The notes under the pieces: generated by a model
The model's input: the letters and a program-made list of their open reading frames with translations, nothing else
Told to the model about the DNA's origin: nothing
The model's database searches: none
Translations under genes and position numbers: made by a program
Assembly (NCBI GenBank): GCA_032718475.1
Contig: JAUCBJ010002245.1
Coordinates: 1 to 53,293 of the forward strand
Source of the DNA: Nemertoderma westbladi
Taxonomy: Eukaryota; Animalia; Xenacoelomorpha
Direction of reading: 5' to 3'
DNA: 53,293 nucleotides
In this document: one piece after another, positions 23,665 through 35,523 of the stretch
Layout: each line of letters begins with the position of its first letter
Position numbering within the stretch: position 1 is the stretch's first letter

Positions 23665-26600
23665 ATGAGTGACACACCACATTCGACTCGATACCCACCT
23701 ACCGACTATGACTCGTGCGACCCGGACAGATCGACAGTAGACGAACCGAGAAGGAGAACCCGAGATTCCACCGATGTCACACCGCGTGCGTCGCCGGTAC
23801 CCCGGACGGAAATACCGGAAGCCGCAACGCATGGCGATGGTAGAATCGAAGATTTCCTTACTGTCCCGCAGACCAGGTCACGGGAACCAGACATGGTAAG
23901 CTTGGCGTGAAGCCAAGAAAATGTTATTAGGAGTATAGGAGGACACATGGCCCAGATAACTCGAAACTTCGGAGAAGGTTTTCGCATTTTACGCGAGTTA
24001 ACTGCCCTGATGTCGAGATACGAGTTCTACACCTTACAGGTAAGGATAGAAAGTAGGTTACATGCTTCCGTAGATAAACTTAAAGGTTTACACGAACTCG
24101 CAGAGTTGCGTGGCGACAACTTTACTCAGGTAAAGATAATAGATAAGTTGGTAAGTGCGAGGGAAAGCCTCATCCAGTTTAAGTCAGTAATAAGATTGGC
24201 TCAACAGGAACAGTTCGACCAACTGCTAGGTGAGTCAGTTTTGGACGCATTGTTAGAACCCGACGAGGAAGAAGAACTATATTGCCTGGACGGGAGTTTG
24301 GAAATGCTCACCAATTTTCTTCGTAGAAACGGCGTACCGATCGAAGAACCGGAAGTCGAACCGTGAGGGACGACGGAAGTTCTAACTACGGAAGGCTCGC
24401 GTGCCTACCATATTCCACCACTGGATAGATCGTTCGTTAGTATACGGAGCGACGTTGGCGACGTTAGTAGGACAGCGTCTGTAATTACTCGACAACAACA
24501 TGAGGTCGCACGCTGACAACGAGTCGTCAAGGGCGAAGCGCAACAGCAGATGGCACAGATCGCCATCAAAGGAGAAAGACAGTGCAGAGACGACGTAGCG
24601 AAACTTGCGAAACTTCAGGCTCAAGCTGAGTTCGAAGCATCTGAGATGCGGAAATTAGAGGTGGACTTAGCGCGAGAAACAGCTGCGGCGGCAGCAGCCG
24701 ACGAGTTAGCACGAGTTGCGGCGGTAAACCCAGCCGAGTTAGCACGGAATAAAGCGGCATCTGATGCTCGTGCCAAGTTGGAAGCGAGACAAATAAACAC
24801 TCGTTTAGCTATACAAGAAGCGGAGTTAGCAGCACAACAACAGGTAGCAGATTGATGTGAAAGGGAGATGCAACTACAGTTCGAACTAAATCGTAGATCA
24901 CGCGAGGCAGCAAACACGCAAGCGGACCTCAAACTCGACGCAAGAGATAGATCAAATAAGGTCTCGAGCTGGACATGACTTGTCTGCCCTGGATCGCATG
25001 GAAACTCGATACCGCGGGATTCAGAAGCGAATCGAGGAAGGAAGTGTGGGAGCGATAGATCGAGGAGAGGAGTTTGTCGAGGATTACTGTAAACGTTTTC
25101 CACAAGTGATTCCTATGCTCATACAACTCCGATAAAACCGGTCTTTGTTACGAAACCTAAAGAAATATCACCTGTGCGCTCAACGCAAGGTAACAGGTTT
25201 GTTATGATGGAAATACCGCAACCTAGGGCAACTTCATCGCCGATTTTAGCAGGTAAAGTAAATAGTCCACCTACAGTAAGTCGTAGTCTACTTGTAGGAA
25301 GAGAGGAACCTGCGTTTATGACAATCAAACAGGTAAGTAAGCCGTTAGCAGTTAAACCTGTGATGTGCTGTGCGAACCCAGTCATTTACAGACCAACTAC
25401 AAAACCCGACTATTTTATTCGACCATTGACACAATGTTCGACGAGACCTACGACTTCGTGGAAGGCTTGCGAGCCTACCGAACAACGGAGGAGGACGGAT
25501 GTGGGTAGTACCCACAGGATCAAACAAAGTTTAACGAGACCTACAACTTCGTGGAAGGCTTGTGAGCCTACCGAACGATGGAGAACCGTAGATCCCAGAC
25601 CACAACAAATGCGACAAAAGGTAATACGCTGTGCGCGAACCCGCCAACCACCTTATCCGGACGATAGTGATTCATCCAGCAATACAGAGTCACGGAATGG
25701 GAAATATTCCGTACTGGAGCGGCGGCTGATTACAAACAGGAGGAACGATCGACAAACAAATTCATAGACAATCCTCCACGAGAAACACCTTTGCAGAAAC
25801 CCACGTTGCAACCATCGGAAGCGATTAGCGCCAAACAGTTCACTGAGATGGTAGACTGACTAGTTCAACTCGAAGAGCGACTCGAAGCGCAACCGTCGGA
25901 TCGATCACGAACCAGCGTAGAGTTGGAACAACCTAGACAACATCGACCACCAAGGAGAGAACAGGAGACTAGACAGACTCCGAACCATCGAGAAGAAGAT
26001 CACATTAATATTTCCTACCGACGAACAATGCACGGAAGGGAACGACTGGACGACGCAACCGAACAGGGATGCAGACAGTTGGATTTGGATAGCGAGATTG
26101 CGAAGTTTGCGGCTAGACACGGATTTCCGGCACAACAACCGCCGAAGTTTTCTGGCAATGTAAAGCACTGGCATACGCTGGTAGACTACGTAGAGTCCCA
26201 GATCGCTAAGTGTGCCTTCACCTCGACGGAGAAGTTTAATTACTTGCTCCAGGTTCTGTCTGGTGAGCCGAAACGATTAGCGGAAACCTTCATTGGTGTT
26301 CCAGATGCCTTTGAGTTGGCGTACGACCGTTTGTATTCGATTTACGGCGGCAACGTAGCCATGGCTAAGTCTATTATCGAAGACCTCTGTAGAGGAGGGA
26401 GTATTTCGAAACCGATCGATCTTTTATGACTCGCGGACGAAATCAAGAATGCTATAGGGACTTTACAGTCCATTGAACAACTCGAATACACTAACTCACC
26501 AACAGTTCTCATTAGGATAATCGGTAGACTTCATCATCGATTACGACGAGAATGGCGACGCATCGAGTATCAGTGTGAAGAGGCCGGTGGGCTACTAAAA

Positions 26601-27310
26601 CTCACCGACGTCTACCAACTAATTTCGCGGGAGGCCGTAGTGGAGACTCGATCCAACTATACTGATCACCATATAGCGGCAGAAGGAATAGCTATTGCTG
26701 CGCCGACTCGGACCAAACAATTTTCGACGCACGCGAAAGCCGTTACTTATGCCACCCCAACTGAAACTTCTAAAGTTCTGATGCCTATCGGCACCAAGCA
26801 GCCACGACAACAGTTACCGGCGGACTTTGTGGGATGCTCATATTGCGAGCGGAACGGCAAAACCACAGCGGACATAAACTACGTGGATGTCGCACATTTA
26901 GAGAGTTGGGAGTTGAAGAAAGGAGACTTCAAATTCGATCTTTGGATTCTTGTTGGAGATGTACCAAGCCTGGACACATCTGGAAGGATTGCCTGAGCAA
27001 CGATACATGTCCTCTATGTGGACGTAACCATGACGCGTTACTTCACTCGAACAGTTATACTCCGACCAAACGCTTTCGACGAGAGCATCCAGATAAAGCG
27101 GCTAGATGCGACGCACTTTACAAGGAGCGTGCGCCGCGCGAGATTCGTACTTTCTATACGGATTGTATGGATCAATCACGATCATCGGACGAGGACGAGG
27201 AGGAAGATGACACCTTTTACGTACATGCGGGGGAGGAACAACCATCCATAACACTCCTCACACAGAACCAATTGAAAGGGTTTAGCGTGATTCCTATAAA
27301 GATTACCGGA
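23665..27310 (+). pseudogene. gag: BEL/Pao gag, disrupted
   Basis: ORFs at 23665, 23947 and 24550 share one frame broken by TGA stops. Coiled-coil region; DUF1759-type PPKFSGNVKHW...EKFNYLLQVLSGEPK; BEL-type triple knuckle CSYC..H..C, CWRCTKPGHIWKDC, CPLCGRNHDALLH. Confidence 0.9.
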
Positions 27311-27319
27311 ACCTTGCTT

Positions 27320-28050
27320 ATCGATCATGAGTCGATTGTGTGACCCATTGTGTTTCATTAGTCCAGTGATCCTACATGCTAGGATCATACTCCGCAGCAT
27401 TTGGGAAGCCGGACTGGAATGGGATGATCCCATCCCAGAAAAGTTAGCTGAGCAATGGAGGGACTGGGAAGCCCAACTGACGTTCTTACAAGACTATACC
27501 ATACCGAGGGTATACTTTCCTTTGCAGACCACCTTTCGTGCCGATTTAGAGCTTCACAGCTTCAGTGACGCTAGTAAGGATGGACTGGGGGTTACTTTAT
27601 ACCTTAGATGACAAGTGACATCGGACAGCTACGAAGTGTCTCTCATTACTTCAAGGGCTAGAACAATGCCGTTGAAGTATATGACTGTACCTCATGGAGA
27701 GCTGCAAGCCGGGACGATATCCACCGATATTGTCAGTCTAGTTCAACGCGTGCTGGAGACTAACTTGAAGGTTACATATTGGACTGATGCGACGTTGGTA
27801 CTTTGGTACATAAACAACGAAACATTTAAGTTCAAGACTTTCGTAGCCAACAGACGGGCTGAAATATTAGACTGGTCGCTCAAACAAGATTGGCGTCACT
27901 GTCCAGGGAAGCTGAACCCAGCTGACATCGCGTGATGGGGGATGCTACCGATTGACATTTGTAAATCTGACAATAAATCCTTTTGGTTTAGAGGACCCGA
28001 TTTCCTACAACGACCATCAGACGAATGGCCACCGTTATTTGACGCGACAA
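27320..28050 (+). pseudogene. pol: BEL/Pao pol connection and RNase H domain, disrupted
   Basis: DPLCFISPVIL..WDDPIP, ELHSFSDAS, SRARTMPLK, ELQA, YWTDAT, FVANR, WRHCPGKLNPADIA; TGA stops at 27609 and 27933. Confidence 0.92.
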
Positions 28051-28169
28051 CCAATACCATACCGGAGGGTGCCGAGATAAAAATCGACACAGTTGTCAAA
28101 TCTAAAGCGAAAGCCAACGCCAAGGTCAAGAGGAAACAAGGACGGACTAAATCTGATGACCTGGACGCT

Positions 28170-28580
28170 AGACCTGACATTACGCCAGACGTCTCACCAG
28201 ACTCCCGACCGAAGTTCATACGAATCTTTCAATGGAAGTTCTGCAGGAGATTTCACCAGACATTTCGCCGGATTGTTCACCAGATCACTCGCCAGACTAT
28301 TCACCAGAAGCGACACCAGATTGTTCTCCAAATTATTCACCAGATTGTTTTATGCAACTCTCGACAGATTGTCTACCGGACGTCTCACCAGACTTTCCAC
28401 CAGACATCTCGACAGACTGTCCACTAGACTTTAGACCAGACTTTCTGATAGAAGCTATGCCAGACTTTCTCTGGGACCGACGACAGGACATTTCACTGGA
28501 AGTTCCGCACTATGTCTCACCAGACGTCTCACCAGATTGTTCAACGGATGCCTCACCAGACTGTCTACTAGACTTTCCAT
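28170..28580 (+). repeat. 12-bp coding minisatellite (S-P-D-x) in the RNase H-integrase linker
   Basis: Recurrent tcaccaga(c/t) encoding PDVSPD, PDCSPD, PDYSPE. Confidence 0.85.
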
Positions 28581-29086
28581 TGGAAAGAAAAGACGCGTAC
28601 TGTAAGGATGCAATGAATTCATTGGAGCGGACTAGTACACACCCATTAGGTATTAACAACTTACCGAATTTGACTTCTTTGGACGACGAAGGTGTGGCCG
28701 CAGCAATCACACTCCGCTCAAGGAAAATACTTGATTTACCACCTACAGGTAAATGTTTGACTAAGGTTAGGAAGACATACTTTGACGTTGACATACTTGA
28801 GGACTCGAACAAACCTATTGTACAAAGGGAGACACCTACTGGAAGGCCCGTGGGCCTACCAAGTCCAAACAAGTATCCACATTTTGGCTATACCTTACCT
28901 GATGACGTCACTAACACTTACGTTGACAGGATAGTAAACCTAACTAGATCATGGACTGACACGTACCGCAAGTTAGCATGGCTCAAACGTTTGAGACAAT
29001 ATGCCAGACGCAAACGCAACTTTCCTAGAAGACTTACCTGAGAGGAAGTTGGTCTTTGTGAAGTTGATATTATCAGACATTATCAA

Positions 29087-30427
29087 TTGCGATATTTCGC
29101 ACGAGAGTTCACAGTGATCAATCAGGGTAAACAGATCAAGTCTTCACCGATTTTGAGTTGGAGTCTGATTATCTATAGGGGCTTACTTTGTCACAAGTCC
29201 AGACTCCAGAACATTGACTTTGTACTTGACTTTAGGTATCCTATCATCATACCGCAACATCATGAGTTACAGCGCGCTATGATACTGGACGCACATGTAC
29301 GACTCAAACACATAGGTAGACATCACTGCCTATCACACTTACGATCGAGATTTGTACTAATTAGGCCTAGCAAGGCACTGAGTTTGGTAACACGGAACTG
29401 TATGATTTGTAAGAAGGTGCACGAGAGGATAGGACACCAAGAAATGAGTGAACTACCACTAGCGAGATTACAGGCTTTTAGACCCCCTTTCACTGAGAAA
29501 GGGATAGACTGTTTTGGACCCATAATCGCGAAACGCGGAAGGGTACAGGTAAAACGTTGGGGATTGATCTTCACTTGCATGGCCAGCAGAGCTGTCCATA
29601 TTGAGCGTGTGACAGACTTGACCACCAACGCCTTTATCCTAGCCTTACGGCGATTTATCGCTAGACGTGGATTGGTCAAATCCATTTATTGCGACCAAGG
29701 GACTAACTTTGTGGGTGCACGGAATGAATTTACCAGAGCTTTAAGGAAGTTGGACCAAAACCAGATTTCCGAGGAACTACGTCCTCACCGTATTGTTTGG
29801 AGCTTTAACACTCCTGACAGTCCGTGGAGAGGCAGCGTTTGGGAAAGGCTGATTGGCTCAATCAAGATGGCTATGGCAAAAGTAATACCGACGCAACACA
29901 TACTAACAGACGACCAACTGACGACGTTGTTAATAGAAATCGAAGCGGTTTTGAATACTCGACCAATCGCTTTGATCCCTGACAATAACGACTCACAGTT
30001 TGCCTTGACACCAGCGCACCTGCTTATGCAGGCGCCGACGACATTGTTGCCCACTTCGGTACCTGACGATAGCGACGGTTACGGCAACAAAGCTTGGAAA
30101 ATCACTCAGTTGCTAGCCAACAAATTCTGGGAAATATGGCAGAAGCATTATTTGCCCTCTATTTCGACCAGAACCTCTTGGTATCTTAATACCGGATGTT
30201 TGAGACGAGGTGACCATGTTTTATTGGCTGAAACTAATCTGAAGAGACGGTTTTGGCTGACTGGAGTCATTTTGACCACGCACCCTACATCTGGTGTAGT
30301 AAGGGCAGTTACTGTACGGACTATTGACAGATGTACCGTAGATAGGCCTGTACAACGTCTCGTGCTCCTTGAGGAGACTAGAAACGAGACAGGAGACTAC
30401 AAATCTCCACCCAATCTTAGTAAATAG
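29087..30427 (+). CDS. BEL/Pao DDE integrase (uninterrupted 446-codon frame)
   Basis: HHCC (AHVRLKH...CMIC); D,D,E in GIDCFGP / YCDQGTNF / WERLI; EAVLNTRP, LTPAHLL; DUF5641-type C-terminus. The track start is TTG; the first ATG is at 29279, just before the HHCC motif. Confidence 0.85.
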   Translation: MRYFAREFTVINQGKQIKSSPILSWSLIIYRGLLCHKSRLQNIDFVLDFRYPIIIPQHHELQRAMILDAHVRLKHIGRHHCLSHLRSRFVLIRPSKALSLVTRNCMICKKVHERIGHQEMSELPLARLQAFRPPFTEKGIDCFGPIIAKRGRVQVKRWGLIFTCMASRAVHIERVTDLTTNAFILALRRFIARRGLVKSIYCDQGTNFVGARNEFTRALRKLDQNQISEELRPHRIVWSFNTPDSPWRGSVWERLIGSIKMAMAKVIPTQHILTDDQLTTLLIEIEAVLNTRPIALIPDNNDSQFALTPAHLLMQAPTTLLPTSVPDDSDGYGNKAWKITQLLANKFWEIWQKHYLPSISTRTSWYLNTGCLRRGDHVLLAETNLKRRFWLTGVILTTHPTSGVVRAVTVRTIDRCTVDRPVQRLVLLEETRNETGDYKSPPNLSK

Positions 30428-31151
30428 AGATGTGGGACCCTTGATGGCCGCCACATAGATTTACCGTATTTTAGTATTTTGTATTACTGTATGTGCATTT
30501 TGTATTCCTCTTCACTGTAGATAGAGACAGTGGTGGAATTCCATTGTCTTTATATGTGAACATGGAGGGTAGTACCCTTATGTATCACATAGGAGCGGGA
30601 TTGTGTGTACAGTAGGAATGGAATTCCACTTGGAACCCACAAGTGAGACAATTTTCAAAAATTATTAGACAAATCCATTTAGTTGGATTTAAATTTAAGA
30701 AAAACGATTCTCCAGTGGACGGATTCTAGGATACAGTTGGATAAAATTAAAATTGGGGAGGCAATAGCGGATGGAAGGCTTGCGAGCCTACCGATAAATT
30801 TTTTTGGAAAAGAAAATCGGCCTTGTTCTACGTAGTCGTGTCTACTATTATTTAGACCAAATTAATTCTCGACTGCACTATTTTCTTTGGGAAGTAGTTT
30901 GGGAAATTAAAAGGTGAGTATTTCAGACTCGCAGCTAGTTTACCCGGAATTCGTTTTTTATCGGCACATTTTTTGGATTAGGAGCCAGTGCGAAATCACG
31001 CGAACCCGAAGTCATTAGGCAAATGGGTAGGGGTTTTAGAGCAAAGTTGAGCCAAAAGCCGACAAACTCTAAGTCTCCTCACATCTAACCTCTTTTTTGT
31101 GCTTCATCTAGTAGAAACGTAACGATATGTAACCATATATACGCGTATATA

Positions 31152-31832
31152 ATGGCGGAGAAGATTTATAAGGAGTTACATCAGGGGTTTACACAGGAAC
31201 AGGAGCACCAGGCACCGTTTAATCGTTATGGAGCCAAAAACTTTAATGTGTTTGGAGTGGAGAGTATGGCTAGGAGTACAGCCAAGCTCGCTAAATCCAA
31301 GGCGGACCCGAATGTTACGAAACAGCGATTGGATGCTTATAACAAAAGAGCGGAAGAGTTACGCGCGAAGTTCAATGCATTGTATCCCTACGATGCTTTA
31401 TGCGACGCCCGTGACATTTGCGAGGATCCAGACACGGAGATACGCCGATTATATCATACGCTGCAATATTTGATGGCGAGCGAACCCTTGCCTGCAGCCA
31501 GAGACGAATTTGACGGAATGCATCTTTATAGACGCACTCGAGGAGCGGATCCAGAGACAAAGGACGCGTTCTCCATTTATAAACTGTTTTAAAAATGTGG
31601 AGCATGTATGCGCGAGCAAGACAACCTGATTCCTATGCACTTGAACTCGGAGAACCCCGAGCCAATATTAGCACGATGTTCATACCACCAAAGTCTGCGT
31701 TACCAAGAAGGCGGATACCCTTTGACGAATCTGTACCATTCATTTAAGATGAGTGGACTGACTTTTTATTCCCTACTTTTAGATACTCTCCGGCAGTGTC
31801 TACTTTACAATTTACTAATCTACAAATACTAA
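31152..31832 (+). pseudogene. Extra ORF of unknown function downstream of pol, with one in-frame TAA
   Basis: ORFs 31152-31592 and 31608-31832 are in the same frame. Read-through gives ...KLF*KCGACMREQ...ARCSYH, a CxxC-x23-CxxH motif. Confidence 0.6.
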
Positions 31833-33541
31833 ACTATAAAATATTCCCTACTGAAAAGTCCAGTAGTATACAGCCTACCGGATCCTAGTAACGATGTATC
31901 TTACTGTAAGATCTAGTAGTGTATATGGGCTCGTACAGTATCTGACTATAAATCCCAGTCCAGGGTGTCTAAATAAACAGATACTAAATACGCAAACTAC
32001 TACTTGAGAGGAATGGAGCCTGGTGTCTATTCTAATACGTGGGCGAGTCAAATGCCTGTGCAAACTAGACAAAACAGAATACCCGGCCTCTACCGGTAAG
32101 GCAGATGTACAGTCTACGGTGACAGACCAAACTCACGAGGAAACAATCCCCGCGCAGCGAATCCTAACTATCGCTAACGGACCTAAATACCGTAAACTTG
32201 CCGCGGTGTGATTTATATGGTTTATATACGGGCAATTACGGTGTTAGTAACTACACCCGTGATCGGCACTAATACCAGATTCTGGTTGTAAGATAAGATA
32301 ATAGGTGTTAATTGCTACCGTACGTTAGCTGATCTGGTATACTAATTTGATTCTAGAACTTTGTTACTGCGGTGGTTAGCAGTAAATACCTATCAGTACG
32401 TGGCAAGGCGCGGTAGGATATTAGTAAGCCCTAGGCCAAGCATGTGCCGATAGCAGAAATGCTCCTTGCCTGATCAAATATTTCGGGCTCAAACACGTGG
32501 GGTGGGGGGGGGGGGGGGGGGGGGTGCAAATGTATAAACTACAAAGTGAACCGGTACCGAACTGTCAGTATTGCAAATCACCAAATTATAGAACATGTGC
32601 TATCCGCACCTAAAGTATACTTGCCCGTACTGACGAACAGCAATAGTTCACACCTGTAGGGAATACAGGTCAATCCAGGGATTTGGTACTTGACCTGACA
32701 AAATCTGAAATAATTGATCCTAAATTTTACGGCGTCCCAGGACGGCGTCACGCTTACCCTGATCTATAGGTCTTACGGCGGGCAAGGGGGTCAAACAAAG
32801 TCTTACCTTCCTCTGAAGTGGGCGCTGTATGGCAAGGGTGGAGCATTTCGAATGGGCACGCGGGCGAATCTAAAGAGGGTGCTTAGTGTGTCGTGGACAT
32901 CTTTCCCTGCGTTGCTGACGGCCTAACGGTTTAGACAGCCATTCCCCAAATGTTTGGCTGTCCGAAAGGTGGAATGTTTGAAATATACATGTTCAAGAGT
33001 GACAGTATATTTAAGTAATTAACAAAACTTATCACTTCACTTTATAAATAATAACTAAACTAAGCAAAGAGATACAAGTAAGGGGTTATTGTGTGTAAGC
33101 TAAGATTAGACTAGTTAGTTGTGATAACCGAAGGCAAACCGGCCCTTATATAGCAAATCTGGGACATAGAATCCACTAGAACATTGCAGGACATTCCATG
33201 GCCTCACATTGGAGCAATAAGATGTTCGATGCCCTATGATTGGCCCAACTCATCATTCCACGTGTTGTACGCACCTCATTGGCCTATCTGTTTTAATCAA
33301 ATCGAAAATTAATAGCCCAGAAATGCAAAGTCCCGACTGGGATTCGAACCCGTAACCTACCCACAATGTAACCATCGCCTTAACCCATCTGACCACTGCG
33401 CCAATAGAGTCACCCATGAACTAACATGTACTAATGGGAATAGGCATATTACATTACTACAATTAAGTCAAAATACGTCGGATTTTAGAAAGTTTTTACG
33501 CTGTACTATAAATTGCTACCTAACAGTGAAATAATCCATCA
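31810..33541 (-). repeat. Right inverted-repeat arm
   Basis: Reverse-complement match to the left arm, including the poly-C/G tract, TATA box (33143-33152), CCAAT boxes and tRNA-like unit. Confidence 0.9.
33330..33402 (-). ncRNA. tRNA-derived Pol III unit of the right arm
   Basis: Minus strand reads ggcgcagtggtcagatgggttaaggcgatggttacattgtgggtaggttacgGGTTCGAATCCcagtcgggac. Confidence 0.75.
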
Positions 33542-33572
33542 TTTAAATTTTATGATATATACATAGTTAACC

Positions 33573-35044
33573 ATACTGCCGTTGTATGGTAAAACACTAT
33601 ATATCGAAAATAAGCGTTTCATGTAAAATTGAACAGACTTTCAATCCAAATTGCAATGATCTGATAAGTCAAATCAGGTGATTTTTATATCACAGGGAAG
33701 AGGAAAACCGGGGAATTTTTTTGGTTATTTTTTTTAAATTAATTAATTTTCATAGCCTTAAACATTTGATTTTAGAAAATACATACAGTGTTTTGACATA
33801 CACCTTTATCTTTGAAATTTCAGATACAGTGTTTTTGATACATTATTTTACAAGCTGGTACACCTACAGTGTTTTCAAATACAGCTATTTGAAATTATTT
33901 AAGGTTTATTTTACGTGCCTTTCCTATCTCCCTCATTCTATTTAACACATCCGTTTTTTAATTTTTCGTGAAACTCATAAATTGAATGTATAAGGTGAAA
34001 TATGAAATATTATTATTTATTCTACAAGGAAATGAAAATCAAAATAAATGCATAGAATATTGTCAAAATAATACAATTTGTTAAAATAATATTGTCAAAA
34101 TATACAAAGTTGGTTGGGTATGTTCTACTTAGAAACTAATGTGAAGCTTCCAAGTATTTTTAAACATCCTAAAATCATAAGAGAAAATATAGTATTTTAT
34201 GGTCTATCTATAGGTTAGTTTGTATTATCAAGTAGTAAAGTTCAAGGTTCAGCTAAGTTGTTCCAGAATTTGAGTTTGTGTTGTGGAATAACACGATCAG
34301 GTTTGTCCAATAGGTTACGTAATCTTTGATTGTTGATTCCCCTTTTTCCAAAGCATGTGGTGGATCTTTAGGGTGATGAAAAATGAACAGTTATTGCCAA
34401 TATTTCAACCCAACATGTATTTAAATACAAATAACAGGCCTTCAACAGGGCATAGCTCGTACATACAACTAACTACTGAAAACAATAAACACTACTTCCT
34501 ATCAGCACTACTGAAACTATTGTAAAATAAAGGATAGTTTAAGTAGTGCTGATAGGAAGTAGTGTTTAGTGTTTTCAATAGCTAGTTGTATGTACGAGCT
34601 ATGCCCTGTTGAAGTCCTATTATTTGTATTAAAATACATGTTGGGTTGAAATATTGGCAATAACTGTTTAATTTTGACCACCCTAAAGATCCACCACCTG
34701 CTTTGACTACTCTATGATGTTTACCCCGGTGACCTGGGTGCAGAACTATCTTTGGAATAATTAAAACTCAGCTGTATACAAAAACACTGTATCTAACAGT
34801 TGTATGGTAAAACACTGTATCTAGTAGAGATACAGTGTTTTACCGTATTACTATTAACATTTCCCAAAATACGTGATTTGGCGAGATACAGTGTTTTAGC
34901 GATGCTCCTAACTTGTAAACTATACTAAATGGTAGAAAACGAATGGCACCACGAGAAAGAGCAGTTTCGAATTACCCAGAATCGATGTAAAAATTAAAAT
35001 CGAAACTTTTCGAGATACATTGTTTTACCATACAACGGCAGCAT
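33573..35044. mobile_element. Non-autonomous DNA transposon with TIRs
   Basis: ctgccgttgtatggtaaaaca (33576-33596) / tgttttaccatacaacggcag (35021-35041), extending imperfectly to ~37 bp; internal gatacagtgtttt repeats. Confidence 0.8.
34349..34705. repeat. ~357-bp near-perfect palindrome (foldback MITE)
   Basis: Arms of ~170 bp around a 13-nt loop at 34521-34533. Confidence 0.9.
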
Positions 35045-35523
35045 AGGTACGTTAGTCAAAAAAATATAGAAATATATAATAACAATATGGGGTTAGGAGA
35101 CCATTTATAGACAATAAATTGCGAAAAACGAATAAGCGATGGGAAATTTAGCGTATATGACTCGACATGTGACTAATTTATAAGTTTCACTTTGGTTCAT
35201 TAATTGATTTGGTTTATGTTGCATTACAATCAGTATCCCTGAAAACATTAATAACCTGATAATCAATGTATTAGAACCACTTGAACCACTCAAATTTTTG
35301 AAAAGTGATGTCTCTGTTCTAGGGGATGTCGGTGAAATAAACCTAGTAATGACTGTAGTCAATTAAAATTTAACAATCACATATTTATTTTATATTTAAT
35401 TCATTCTAAAAGAAACATTTTTCCAATAATGACCAGAAACAAAAATATAGTTCAGTATAATACAACAATTTTGGAACGGGCAACTTTAAGACTTATGAAC
35501 AGATTTGTGTTATTGTTATTTTG

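Larger units (their letters stand above)
20668..33541 (+). mobile_element. BEL/Pao retrotransposon-derived element bounded by long inverted repeats
   Basis: BEL gag, RNase H and integrase lie inside; termini tgatggattatttcact (20668) / agtgaaataatccatca (33541). No direct LTR pair and no TSD seen. Confidence 0.85.

Noticed and set aside
30430-30454. Start of a direct 3' LTR (tgtggg...ccaca after the integrase stop)
   Set aside because: I found no matching direct copy upstream of gag and no convincing polypurine tract.
20668-33541. DIRS or Polinton classification
   Set aside because: No tyrosine recombinase, PolB, ATPase or capsid is seen; the coding domains are BEL/Pao-type.
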